Of a stretch of 64,000 nucleotides of DNA, positions 1-10,935 are shown piece after piece. The stretch is from assembly GCF_018350175.1 (NCBI RefSeq), contig NC_058368.1:1178001-1242000 (forward strand), written 5' to 3'. The DNA comes from Felis catus (Eukaryota). The notes beneath the pieces were generated by a model. That model made no database searches. It worked only from the letters and a program-made list of their open reading frames with translations, and was not told where the DNA came from. Position 1 is the stretch's first letter. Each line of letters begins with the position of its first letter. A program made the position numbers and the translations under genes.

Positions 1-283
1 AAATTCTTTTAAAATACATGCGGTAAGAGGTGTTCTTAAAGGCCTCTTTACAAAAATGGGGAATGACCTGTGCTTAACTGCCCCAAATTACAATTTGCTT
101 CAAGTGATATTCATGTGCCCCTTAGAAACATACAATGAGAAAATGTCCATAACTCCTCTGTAGAAACACTAGAGAACGGTCTTGTGCTTATCTGCCAAAG
201 TCTACACTTTCCTCAAAGTGGGTTTCAAGAGAATCCTTGGAGAAGTGAGGTAAGAAGTTTTTAAAACAATTTCGTATAGCACT

Positions 284-488
284 GGGGCTCCTGGGTGGCT
301 CAGTCGGTTGGGCGTCCGACTTCGGCTCAGGTCGTGATCTCGTGGTTTGTGAGCTCGAGCCCCGCGTCGGGCTCTGGGCTGACAGCTCGGAGCCTGGAGC
401 CTGCTTTGGATTCTCTCTCCCCTTCTCTCTCTGCCCCTCCTCTGCTTGCACTCTGTCTCAAAAATAAATAAATAAACATTAAAAAAAT
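284..488 (+). mobile_element. Carnivore SINE (SINEC_Fc-like)
   Basis: tRNA-derived head GGGGCTCCTGGGTGGCTCAGTCGG, (CT)n, A-tail. TSD GTATAGCACT at 274-283 and 489-498. Confidence 0.95.
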
Positions 489-1007
489 GTATAGCACTAA
501 AAAGTGGCCTTTTCTTTGACTTCCTGACACTGCACTGGGAAGGGAGAACAAGCCTTAACAGCAGTTGTGAAGAAAGAGGAACTTCAGGGAAGAAAGAACA
601 GTTATGCTTAGAGCAAGTCACTTTTCCCACAGTAATGGGGGCAGAAGACAGCGGGACGACATTTTCAAAAGTACGTTAGCCTAAGTTTCTGCATACATTG
701 AAACTGTTTTTAATTAGAAGGGGGGAATGAAGATATTTTGGGTAAATAAAAACTGAGAGTTTACCAGCATTAAGTCTTCCCTTAAGGAATTTCAGTGCTT
801 CCTTCAGGAAGCGGGAAAATGTCTGAGATTCAAGAAAGAATGGTTAGTAAAGAAATGATAAATACGATTAATCCAAAAAGTTACTGTATGATTAAAAGAA
901 TCTCTTCCATAAATGGTAGAATTTTCCTATGGAGCCATCCTATGAACCTAACTAGAAAACCGGTATTTTCTTTGCGGCGAGATTTTAACTACTGGTTCAA
1001 TGATTTT

Positions 1008-1229
1008 TTTTTTTTAATTTTTTTTTAACGTTTATTTATTTTTGAGACAGAGAGAGACAGAGCATGAACGGGGGAGGGGCAGAGAGAGAGGGAGACACAG
1101 AATCGGAAACAGGCTCCAGGCTCTGAGCTGTCAGCACAGAGCCCGACGCGGGGATTGAACCCACGGACCGTGAGATCGTGACCTGAGCTGAAGTTGGACG
1201 CTTAACCGACTGCGCCACCCAGGCGCCCC
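1008..1229 (-). mobile_element. SINEC_Fc-like
   Basis: Full-length copy; TSD TCAATGATTTT at 997 and 1231. Confidence 0.95.
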
Positions 1230-1409
1230 ATCAATGATTTTAATGGTTATAAAAGCATTCAGGTTTTCTTTTTCTTCTGGAGTCTATTTTAGTAATCTGT
1301 ATTTTTCTAGGAATTTTTAAGTTTTATTTTTAATTTCTTAAATGAGTTTTTATTTTTCTTAAATAGCTTTTAATCTTCATTACCAATACTGCTCATTTGT
1401 AGCTTGTCT

Positions 1410-1990
1410 CATTTTGTAAAACAAGTTGGTATTGCCTAATGAAACTGAACGTGTAAATGCCAAGCAAGTTCACTCTCAGATATATAAAGTAGACATACTC
1501 TTGCACTTGAGCTCAAGAGACATGTGCAAATACGTTTGTAGCATCATTGCTTAAATTAGCCTACAGCAGAAAACAACCTGAATGCCCACCAACAGTAGAT
1601 TAGATAGTAAATACAGTGGATACAGCAATATAATACGCAGCGATGAAAATGAGCTTAATGGATAAACGATATGGATAAATCTCAGAAACAATTTTAAGGA
1701 ACAAAAAGCGACGTTCAAAGCAATATATGTACACTGATTCTATTTATATGAAGTCCAAAGTAAAGGAAAATTAAGCAATGTTTATTGTCTAGGGATAGCT
1801 ACAAACGCTGTAGAACCATAAAGAAAAGCAAGGGAATTATTAACATGAAATTTAGGATAGAAGTTACCTCTTGTGGGGAGGGAGGGCGTGGTGATCACAA
1901 AGAGGCAAATGAGAGCTCCCTAGGTCTTAGTAATATTGCATTCCTTACTCTGAGGGTGGATGCTCGAGTGTTCAGCTTTTATGATTCTTT
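1410..1990 (+). mobile_element. Old L1 (L1M) 3' fragment
   Basis: Degenerate L1 ORF2 end and 3' UTR words (AAACAACCTGAATGCCCACCAACAGTAG, ATGGATAAATCTCAGAAAC). Confidence 0.65.
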
Positions 1991-2489
1991 ACGCTGGATA
2001 GACGGAATTTATACCCCCTCTTCTCTGCGTGTAAAACATTTGGCAATACAAACACCGAGGGGAAGAAAAGCGGCTCCCGCGACTCCAGCGCAGGCTAAAT
2101 TGCTGAACTGTGGATTCAGTTCTCGGAGCAATCAGCTGCGCCGAGATCGACGACACTGGGGCACAAGGGCGTGCTTCTGCATCCCAGTCCCGGGCCTCTT
2201 GATGACTTTGTTTTCTCGAAGGGTCTCTGATTCTCCAGTTGCAGTAAATGTGATACACTGCGTGTGAAAGATTGATTGCCTTAAGGACCCTGCCTGCAGC
2301 TGTGTTCCTTCCCACGCGAGCCTTTGGTTCTCGCTAAAGAGAGGACGCAGCTCTCCCTCTCCCTGGTTCTGAGTTCGGCTGTGTCACTTGCTTTGGCCGC
2401 GGAAAGTGAGCAGGTGTGACACAAGCGAGGCTTAAGGAAACGCTTGTGTGTCTCTATTTCCACTCTTACTCCTCACGTGCCCTCAAGGG

Positions 2490-2778
2490 CATGCCTCGGT
2501 TAGCCTACTGGGACCTGGGGCACGCAGAACACAGCAGAGCCACCCAAGTTTCTGCCAGCAAACGTGTCCTACGTCAGCCAACAGCCAGCGACTGTCAACC
2601 ATCCGAGTGGCCCCGGCAGCGATAAGAACGCTTTCTGGCCCTACTGGCTAGCCTGATTGACACCAACAGTCCAGCCCAGATAAAGTGAAACCTGCGGTCT
2701 CATAAATGAAACAAATGTTTCTTGTCCTATGTCACTGTTTGTTAGGCAGCATTATTGTGGCAATAAATAACTGACACA
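2490..2778 (+). mobile_element. MaLR (MLT1-like) LTR fragment
   Basis: Typical MLT1 3' end TTGTTAGGCAGCATTATTGTGGCAATAAATAACTGACACA. Confidence 0.6.
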
Positions 2779-2875
2779 CCCAGGTTCCTAAAAGGTAACT
2801 CTGGATTTTCCTTTTCCACTGATTCAACTGCCAAGGATGTAATCAACTAAGTAATGATATTAAAAAAGCAGATGA

Positions 2876-3080
2876 GGGGCACCTGGGTGGATCAGTCGGT
2901 TAAGCGTCCGACTTCAGTTAAGGTCATGATCTCACGGTTCGTGGGTTCCAGCCCCGGGTCAGGCTCTGTGCTGACAGCTCAGAGCCTGCAGCCTGCTTTG
3001 GCTTCGGTGTCTCCCTCTCTCTGCCCCTCCCCTGCTCATGCTCTGTCTGTCTCTCTCTCAAAAATAAACATTTAAAAAAA
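2876..3080 (+). mobile_element. SINEC_Fc-like
   Basis: Head GGGGCACCTGGGTGG; TSD AAAAAGCA(G/T)ATGA. Confidence 0.93.
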
Positions 3081-3159
3081 GCATATGAAAAATCTGAAAT
3101 GTATTTGTATACATTTCATGATTTCTCTATTTGCAAGGAAAATAGTTATCTTCCATGTT

Positions 3160-4260
3160 AAGTTACCAAGAATGTGGCAACTCTACCTGAAACTCTCCTA
3201 CCCTGTTGGCACAGATATAAAGTTGTACAACCACTTTGGCAAACACTTGAAAGCTTATTTTAAAAGTTAAATATACACTCACCATACAGCCCAGCCATGG
3301 CACTCTTAGAACTAAAAATATGTCTCCATAAAGGTTTGTACACAAATGTTCATCATAATAGCCCCAAACTTGGTTCAAACTGGGTTGAAAAATGAACTAT
3401 TCATGATGGTTAATTTTATAAGTCAACTGGACCGGGCCACAGGATGTCCAGATATCTGGTCAAACATTACTCTAGGTGTTTTTCTATGAGGGAGTTTCTG
3501 GATGAGATTAACATTTAGATTGGTAGACTGAGGGAAGCAGATTGCTCTTCCCAATGTGGGTGGGCCTCATTCAACCAGTTGAAGCCCTGAAGAGAACAAA
3601 AACGCTGACCCTCCTGTGAGTAAGAGAGAATTCTCCTGCCTGACAGCTTTCAATTGGAACATTGTTGTTTTTCCTTGCCCTCAGACTTGAACTGGAACAT
3701 TGGCTGTTCCTGGGTCTCAAAGTCTACTGGCCTTGGAACTAAAATTCACACCTCAGACCTCTCTGGGGTCTCCAACTTGCCAACTGCAGATTGGGACTTG
3801 TCAGCCTCTATAATCATGTGAGGCAATTCCTCGTGATACACACATACATACGTGCATAAATCCCCCCTCTCCCCGGAGAACCCTAACACACTACCCAAAA
3901 GTTCATTAACAGGAGAGTCAACAGATAAAGGAATTCTCAGCAAAAAAGGAACAAGCTATTGAAACCTACAACAGAGATGAATCTTGAAAATGTTATGTTG
4001 TATAAAATAAGACAGACATAGAGAGTTGATTCCCACTGTATAATTCCATTTATGTGCAACTCCAGAAAAGACTATTCTATGATGTCAAAAAGCAGATCAG
4101 TGATTGCCCAAAGTTGGTGGTGAAGAAGAATTGACTAGAAGGAGCTCAAGGGAAACTTTTGGGGTGACAGAAATGTTCTTGAGTGTGGCAGTATACATTT
4201 GGCATATACATGTGGTGAACACAAATTATATCTCAATGAAGCTGGATTTAGAAAAAGAAT
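3160..4260 (+). mobile_element. Old L1 3' fragment interrupted by an MLT2 LTR
   Basis: L1-like sequence at 3160-3380 resumes at 3891-4260. Confidence 0.6.
3403..3890 (+). mobile_element. MLT2 (ERVL) solo LTR
   Basis: Starts TGATGGTTAATTTTATAAGTCAACT, contains CAGATATCTGGTCAAACATTA, ends GGAGAACCCTAACACA. Confidence 0.85.
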
Positions 4261-4740
4261 TAGCTCTGGCAAGGGAATAAGCTTCTCTGATATCTGTTCT
4301 GTGTCAGTTTAAGTTTAGAACCCAAGTTTTCATTCAGTCATTCACTCATTGGGTCACTGTTAAGGGCCTACTATGTGCCAAGCCATGGTGCAGGCAGACA
4401 CGGTCCCAGCCCAGCACAGGGGGGCGAGGAGGAGCTATCCTCACTGGGTCCACTTCTAGGCTGTAACCCAAAGTTCTTACCCTCCTCAATGACTCATTCT
4501 AGAGGCATAGGGAAAGTTAGAGGTTGGGCTGGAATCAGAAACTGGCCAGTACTTACCTTTTGGTCTTCTACCAGTCAGCGCCATACTTACATACACAAAA
4601 TCGCCTGGATGTCTGAGTTCAGTCAGGTGTCTATAGAAATACAAACTCTGGAGGACACCGTTTCAGTGTGGACAAGTAGGTTTGTACCTGGAAAAGCAGC
4701 TGAAACCTCCAAGCAGGTTTTCATTAGAGAATGTTTCCCA

Positions 4741-5207
4741 ACTTTAGCTCAGGTCGTGATCTTGTGGCTCATGAGTTTGCTGCCCACCCGCCCCCTCCCC
4801 GCCACCAGTCTTCATGAGTCTGCAGTGCCCCCCATCACTAGTCTTCATGGGTCTGCTGCCCCTCCACCACCAGTCTTCATGAGTCTGTTGCCCCCCCACC
4901 ACCAGTCTTCATGAGTTTGCTGCCCCCCACCAGTGTTCATGAGTCTGCTGCCCCCCCACCAGTCTTCATGAGTTTGCAGTGCCCCCCCTCACCAGTGTTC
5001 ATGAGTCTGCTGCCCCCCACCACCAGTCTTCATGAGTTAGCTGCCCCCCACCAGTGTTCATGAGTCTGCTGCCCCCCTGCACCAGTGGAACTGTTTCCTG
5101 TCTGTGCAGACCCTGCTTCAGATCTTCTGTCCCCCACTCTACCCCACCCCTACTCATACTCATGTAATCTCTCCCTTTCTCTCAAAAATAAATAGACATT
5201 AAAAAAC
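4741..5207 (+). mobile_element. SINEC with an internal minisatellite
   Basis: SINE 5' part ACTTTAGCTCAGGTCGTGATCT, then the tandem array, then SINE 3' part CCTGCTTCAGATC...CTCTCAAAAATAAATAGACATTAAAAAAA. Confidence 0.85.
4768..5087 (+). repeat. Minisatellite, ~10 copies of a 28-33 bp unit (first unit longer)
   Basis: Unit approximately TTCATGAGTCTGCTGCCCCCCACCAGTC, with variable C-run length. Confidence 0.95.
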
Positions 5208-5546
5208 CAAATTTTATGAGGTCTTGAATAAAAAAAATAAGAAGCAACTATTTTCCATCTTAGCTGGATTTGCCAAATGGATAAACTCCAAATTTTTAGT
5301 ATTCTGTCAGCTGCTTTGTGTCTTACCCAAACCAGCCACATCTCTGCCTACTAAAGGCAGTAATAAAAGACATAGTCTTGCAGCCAAAGTTTGATAGTGA
5401 TCTTGTTTTTGTAGTTAAAGAAATAGTTTTTCAACAATTCTTTCAGTGATATTAAAAATGCTTCCCAGAGTTGAGAACTCATTCAAAGGAACATATGATA
5501 ACATTAGTAATCTGATTTTTGTCAAAAACACTGTATTTAAAATTCG

Positions 5547-5788
5547 TTTTTTTTTTTAATTTTTCTTAAAACTTTTTTCATGTTTTTACTTTATTTTTGA
5601 GAGACAGAGACAGACAGAACCCGAGCAGGGGAGGCGCAGAGTGAGAGGGAGAGGGAGAAAATCCCAAGCAGGCTCCACACTGACAGTGCACAGTCCGATG
5701 TGGGGCTCAAACTCAAGAACCATGAGATCATGACCTGAGCTGAAATAAAAAATCAGATGATTAACCGAGTGAGCCACCCAGGCGCCCC
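5547..5788 (-). mobile_element. SINEC
   Basis: Reverse-strand SINE ending GCCACCCAGGCGCCCC, flanked by TAAAATTC. Confidence 0.92.
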
Positions 5789-5989
5789 TAAAATTCACTT
5801 TGAATAGAAATGTATTTTTTTGGTGAGGGCTTTATGTTGCACCCTATGGTATGAAAGAGGCCAAGCCCCACCGGAGTGTACAACTCACATGCCAAAGATG
5901 GGACACTTTCCTACGAGATCTGAAAGGCACCTGTGGGCTCAGACAGACACGGCGGGTGGTCAAGAGAACCAGCTCTGAAGCAGATCGTC

Positions 5990-6110
5990 TCACTGGAGTC
6001 CTGGCAAGTGTCCTCCTGACTTCAGGTCTCTGTGCCTCAGCTCCTATCCGTGAAGTGGAAGTACCTGTAGGACCCTCCTTATAGGGCCGTGAAAAGGACT
6101 CAGAGCAGTG
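5990..6110 (+). mobile_element. MIR fragment
   Basis: Core-like TCTCTGTGCCTCAGCTCCTATCCGTGAAGTGG. Confidence 0.55.
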
Positions 6111-6385
6111 ACACTTAAGTGGTAGTGTTAGTACTAATGTCTTTACACGTGGTCTAATTTGCAGCTTCTCCCGGGTACATAGGCGATGACACTGTCTTTC
6201 TCGAATGGTTGTTGTGAGGCGTAAGTGACATGATTCATGTAAAGTGCCTGACACATTCATTGAATAAAAGTTATTTATTTGGGAAGTTTATAGCTAAGTA
6301 TATACTTGTAAAAATAATTGGGGGTGGTCACTTTAAACCTAAAATTATATATTGGACTATTTTCAATTTGGAGATAGAGACATTT

Positions 6386-6838
6386 GTTTTTTAAAAAACT
6401 TTTTTTTTAATGTTTATTCATTCTTTTTTTTTTTTTCAACATTTATTTATTTTTGGGACAGAGAGAGACAGAGCATGAACGGGGGGAGGGCCAGAGAGAG
6501 AGGGAGACACAGAATCGGAAACAGGCTCCAGGCTCTGAGCCATCAGCCCAGAGCCTGACGCGGGGCTCGAACTCACAGACCGCGAGATCGTGACCTGGCT
6601 GAAGTTGGACGCTTAACCGACTGCGCCACCCAGGGGCCCCACGTTTATTCATTCTTGAGAGACAAACAGAGCATGAGTGTGGGAGACGCAGAGAGAGGGA
6701 GGGTGACGCAGAATCCGAAGCAGCCTCCAGGGTCTGAGCTGTCAGCACAGAGCCCGACGCGGGGCTCAAACCATGAACCGTGAGATCACGACCCCAGCCG
6801 AAGTCGGACACTCAACCGTCTGAGCCACCCAGGCGCCT
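6386..6838 (-). mobile_element. Older SINEC with a younger SINEC (6426-6640) nested in its tail
   Basis: Inner element flanked by TSD GTTTATTCATTCTT (6412-6425 and 6643-6656). Confidence 0.92.
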
Positions 6839-6955
6839 CATGGAGATGGTCACACTTGGGTTTTACATGTTCTGTCAATTTCACCGCAATCGCACGAAGT
6901 AAGGGTCTCTCACAGCTGAGGGAGGGAAGCTCAAGAGGTTTAAATACCTTGTCCA

Positions 6956-7184
6956 GGGGCGCCTGGGTGGCGCAGTCGGTTAGGCGTCCGACTTCAGCCA
7001 GGTCACGATCTCGCGGTCCGTGAGTTCGAGCCCTGTGTCAGGCTCTGGGCTGATGGCTCAGAGCCTGGAGCCTGTTTCCGATTCTGTGTCTCCCTCTCTC
7101 TCTACCCCTCCCCCGTTCATGCTCTGTCTCTCTCTATCCCAAAAATAAATAAACGTTGAAAAAAAAATAATTAAGAAAAATAAA
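6956..7184 (+). mobile_element. Young SINEC_Fc inserted into a MIR
   Basis: TSD TAAATACCTTGTCCA at 6941-6955 and 7185-7199; the flanks rejoin into a minus-strand MIR-like core. Confidence 0.95.
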
Positions 7185-7725
7185 TAAATACCTTGTCCAA
7201 GGACACATGGTGGGTAGTGGCGAGCAGGGCCCGAAGGGCGGCCGGGTCAGCCTTCCCAAACCTGGGTCCTTAGATGGGAGGCCGGTCCGCTTCCACATCA
7301 CTCCCATGTTTCTACGTGGACAGTGAAAACCCAGAGTTGTCAGATGGCTTGTCCGAGGCCTGCAGCTGGCCGGAGGTGGAATTCAGATGCAAACTCAGGC
7401 CTTTCCGGTTCTGATGCCCAAGTTACTCAGCCCTGCCTGGCTGTTTCGGCTAGGATGAGGATAGAAGGGTTGACGAAAAGCTAGAGACAAGACCAAGGAG
7501 AGAGGGTGGGGAGGAGCAAGGAGAGAAAGGGAGAGAGGAAAGAAGCGGAAAAGGTGAAGCCAGAGATACACCGCTCCCCTCACAGCTGCCTGCGTCAACC
7601 TGGGGCGCAGAGTGGGCTTGTAAACTGACGCCACGGGTGGAGAGGAGATTAGAATTCGCGTTCTTGTCTGAGCACACTTAGGAGTCAGTGTAGCAAGTGG
7701 CTCTGATCATCAAAAAGCGTTCAAC

Positions 7726-9410
7726 ATTACCCACACTGGGTTGCTATAGGTTTGTGGTATATCTTGAAGTCTGGGCTTGTGAAACCTCCAGTTTTGTTCT
7801 TCTTTTTCAAGATTACTTCTGTGGTTCCATACAAGTTTTAGGGTTATTTGTTCTAGCTGTGTGAAATATGCTGTTGGTGTTTTCACAGGGATTGCATTGA
7901 ATCTATAGATTGCGTTGGGTAGTGTGGATAAATATAGACACATAGATCAATGGAACAGGATACAGAGTCCAGAAATAAACCCACAATTGTATGATCAGTG
8001 GATCTTCAACAAAAGAGGCAAGAATACACAATGAGAAAAAGACAGTCTCTTCCAGAAATGGTGTTGGGAAAACCGGACAGTGACACGCAAAAGAATCAGT
8101 TTCTTAGTCTACACAAAAATAAACTCAAAATGGATTAAGGACTTAAATGTGAGACTTGAAACCATAAAAGTCCTAGAAGAGAGCACAGGCAGTAATTTCT
8201 ACGTCAGCTGTAGCATCATTTTTCTAGATATGTCTTCTAAGTCAAAGGAAACAAAAGCAAAACCAAAATATTGGGACTATATCAAAATAAAAAGTTTCCA
8301 CACAATGAAGGGAACAATTAACAAAAACTAAAAGACAACCTACTGAATGGGAGAAGATACTTGCAAATAACATATCTGATAAAGGGTTAGTATCCAAAAT
8401 ATAGAAAGCATTTATACAACCCAATACCAAAAAACCCAAATAATTCAATTAAAATAGGCAGAAGAGACGAATAGACATTTCTCCAAAGAAGACATCCAGA
8501 TAGCCAACAGACACATGAAAAGATGCCCAACATCACTAACCATCAGGGAAATGCAAATTAAAACCACAAGAGATATCACCTCACACCTGTCAGAATGGCT
8601 AAAATAAAAAATGCAAGAAACAACAAGTGCTAGAGAGGATGTGGAGAAAAAGGCACCCTTGTGCACTGTTGGTGGGAGTGCAAACTGGTGCAGCCGCTGT
8701 GGAAAACAGCATGGAGGTTCCTCAAAAAATTAAAAGTAGAGCTACCACATGATCCAGTAATTCCACTACTGGGTATTTACACAAATAATACAAAAACACT
8801 GATTTGAAAAGACGTATGCACCCCTATGTCTGTTGCAGCATTATCTACAATAGCTTAAATTATGGAAGCAGCCTAAATGTCCATAACAGATGAATGGATG
8901 AAGAAGAAGTCACATACATACATACATACATGTCACGGAATATTGCTCAGTCATAAAAAGCATGAAATATTCCATTATAATATTCCATTATATATACATT
9001 CCATTAACATATTCCATTATATATATATATATATTTAAAATGGAATATTAGTCATAAAAAGCATGAAATCTTGTTATTTGCAACAACATGGATGAGAATA
9101 TAATGCTAAGTGAAGTTAGTCATAGAGAGACAAATACAACATGATTTCACTCATATGTGGAATTTAAGAAAGAAAACAAATGAGCAAAGGAAAAAAAAGA
9201 AAGAGAGGCAAGAAACAAAAGACTTTTAACTAGGGAGAACAAACTGATGGTTACCGGAGGGGAGGTGGGTGAGGGGATGGGTGAATTGGTGAAGGGGATT
9301 AAGAGGACACTTACTGTGATGAGCACTGAGTGATGTATAGAATTGTTGAATCACTATGTCGTACACCTGAAACTAACACAACACTGTATGTTAACCCTGC
9401 TGGAATTTTT
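7726..9410 (+). mobile_element. 5'-truncated, 5'-inverted carnivore L1 (inverted part 7726-~7929)
   Basis: Minus segment encodes [11 protein letters not shown] of ORF2; plus segment continues at RHIDQWNR and runs to a carnivore-type 3' UTR. Candidate TSD AAAAAG(C/T)GTT(C/A)AAC. Confidence 0.9.
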
Positions 9411-9645
9411 AAAAAGTGTTAAACGTCTATATCAACAATGATGCCGCTTCCTACACCTGGAGGTGGCTTATATGACAACTAATAATCCAGAACATAAACG
9501 AGAACCAGACTGAAGCAAGCGAAACAAAATACAACAAAACAGAAAGCCAACTTTCTGAGAAGTTATATTGCATTTGGCCTATAGAAATTAAGGCTACCTC
9601 CCTTACCCCCTTTTGAGCCCACCCTTACTTTGGTTCTTTGGATGA

Positions 9646-10134
9646 TGCGGTAGGTAGAAACATGTCCCCCCAAAGATGTCCACATCCTGACCCCCAGAAC
9701 TTGTAGATATGTTAGCTGAAACAGCAAAGGGAGAATTAAGGATGCTAGTGCAATTAAGGTTTCTAACAAGCTGACTTTAGGATAGGTAGGTTATCTGGTG
9801 AGCCCGATGTAATCACAAGTGTTCTTAAAAGTGAACGAGGGAGGCGGGAGAGGAGGTTGGAATGATCTGGTCCCAGATGGACTCAACTATTCTGACTTTC
9901 AAGATGGTGGAAGAGCCACAGGTCAAAGAACGAGGGCATCTAGAGAAGCTGGAAAAGGCAAGGAGACAGATTCTTCCCCAGAGCTTCTGGAAGGAACCAG
10001 TCCTGCCAGCACCTTGATACTGGCTCAGTGAGACTCACTTTGGACTTCTAATCTCCAGAACGATAATAAATTTGTGTTGCCTTAAGCCATGAAATTTGTG
10101 GTAATTTGTTGTGGTAGCAACAGAAAATGCATTC
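9646..10134 (+). mobile_element. MaLR LTR (MLT1D-like)
   Basis: CCCCCAAAGATGTCCACATCCT...AGAAGCTGGAAAAGGCAAGG...ATAAATTTGTGTTG...GTAGCAACAGAAAA. Confidence 0.85.
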
Positions 10135-10559
10135 GGGCGGCAATGGGAAGAATATATTTCAGAACTCCCAAATTTTACTCTCCCTTTATTTTCTGACAGG
10201 AATATTGCCGAGTCACTGAAACTTCCCAAGCTTCCTTTCTTTCAATGAAACAGCGATCCTTCCTTCGCAAGGTTGTGGTGAGACTCAGAGAATATGTAAA
10301 ATGACTGTAACCAAATTGAAAATGGGGAAATAATATATAATTTTGGGTTTCAAAAAATCACCCCAAAGTAATTATTTTCACATTTATATGCTCATAAACT
10401 TCCCACATAAATAACTTTTACTTATTGGACATGTCAGGTACCTCGTGTGAATCATCTCTGAATCCTCACGACAGCCACGCAAGATGATAGTATCGTCGCC
10501 AACGTACACGGGACAAAGTGCAAATTAGACCACGTGCAAAAGCATTCATGCTGACACTA

Positions 10560-10740
10560 CCGTTAAGCGGCCCCCACTGCTCTGAGTCCTTTACAACAGT
10601 CCCACGAGGGGGGTCCCACTGATACCTCCATTTTACAGAGAGGAGCTAGGCGCACGGTGTGAAGTCACTTGTCCAAGGTCATAGAGCCAGGAATCCAGCA
10701 TGGATCTGGCCTCAGAGTTGGTTCCCTTGGCCACCACTTG
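10560..10740 (-). mobile_element. MIR
   Basis: CCATTTTACAGAGAGGAG...AAGTCACTTGTCCAAGGTCATA. Confidence 0.65.
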
Positions 10741-10780
10741 TATTTGCAAAAGTGCAAATAGGAAGTTAGGTATTAAGTAT

Positions 10781-10935
10781 CACCTGGGTGGCTCAGCCAG
10801 TTAAGCCTCCGACTCTTGCTTTTGGCTCAGGTCGTGAGATCAAGCCCCTTGTTGGGCCCTGCACTGGGCGTCTCCCTCCCTCTTGTGCGTATGGGTGTTT
10901 TTCTCTCTCTCTCAAAATAATAAAATAAAACAAAA
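10781..10935 (+). mobile_element. Degenerate SINEC
   Basis: CACCTGGGTGGCTCAGCCAGTTAAG head, (CT)n and A-tail, with internal deletions. Confidence 0.8.

Noticed and set aside
284..380. tRNA genes at SINE heads
   Set aside because: The A/B boxes belong to tRNA-derived SINEs followed by (CT)n and A-tails; no intact cloverleaf.
4548..4592. Minus-strand splice-donor-like motifs (AGGTAAGTA, ATGTAAGTA)
   Set aside because: No matching acceptor or exon ORF could be supported; expected by chance in 64 kb.
4375..4914. 179-aa ORF
   Set aside because: Runs from unique sequence into a SINE and minisatellite; no homology recognised.
4768..5087. CRISPR-like repeat array
   Set aside because: Units are head-to-tail without unique spacers, there are no cas genes, and the context is mammalian; it is a VNTR.
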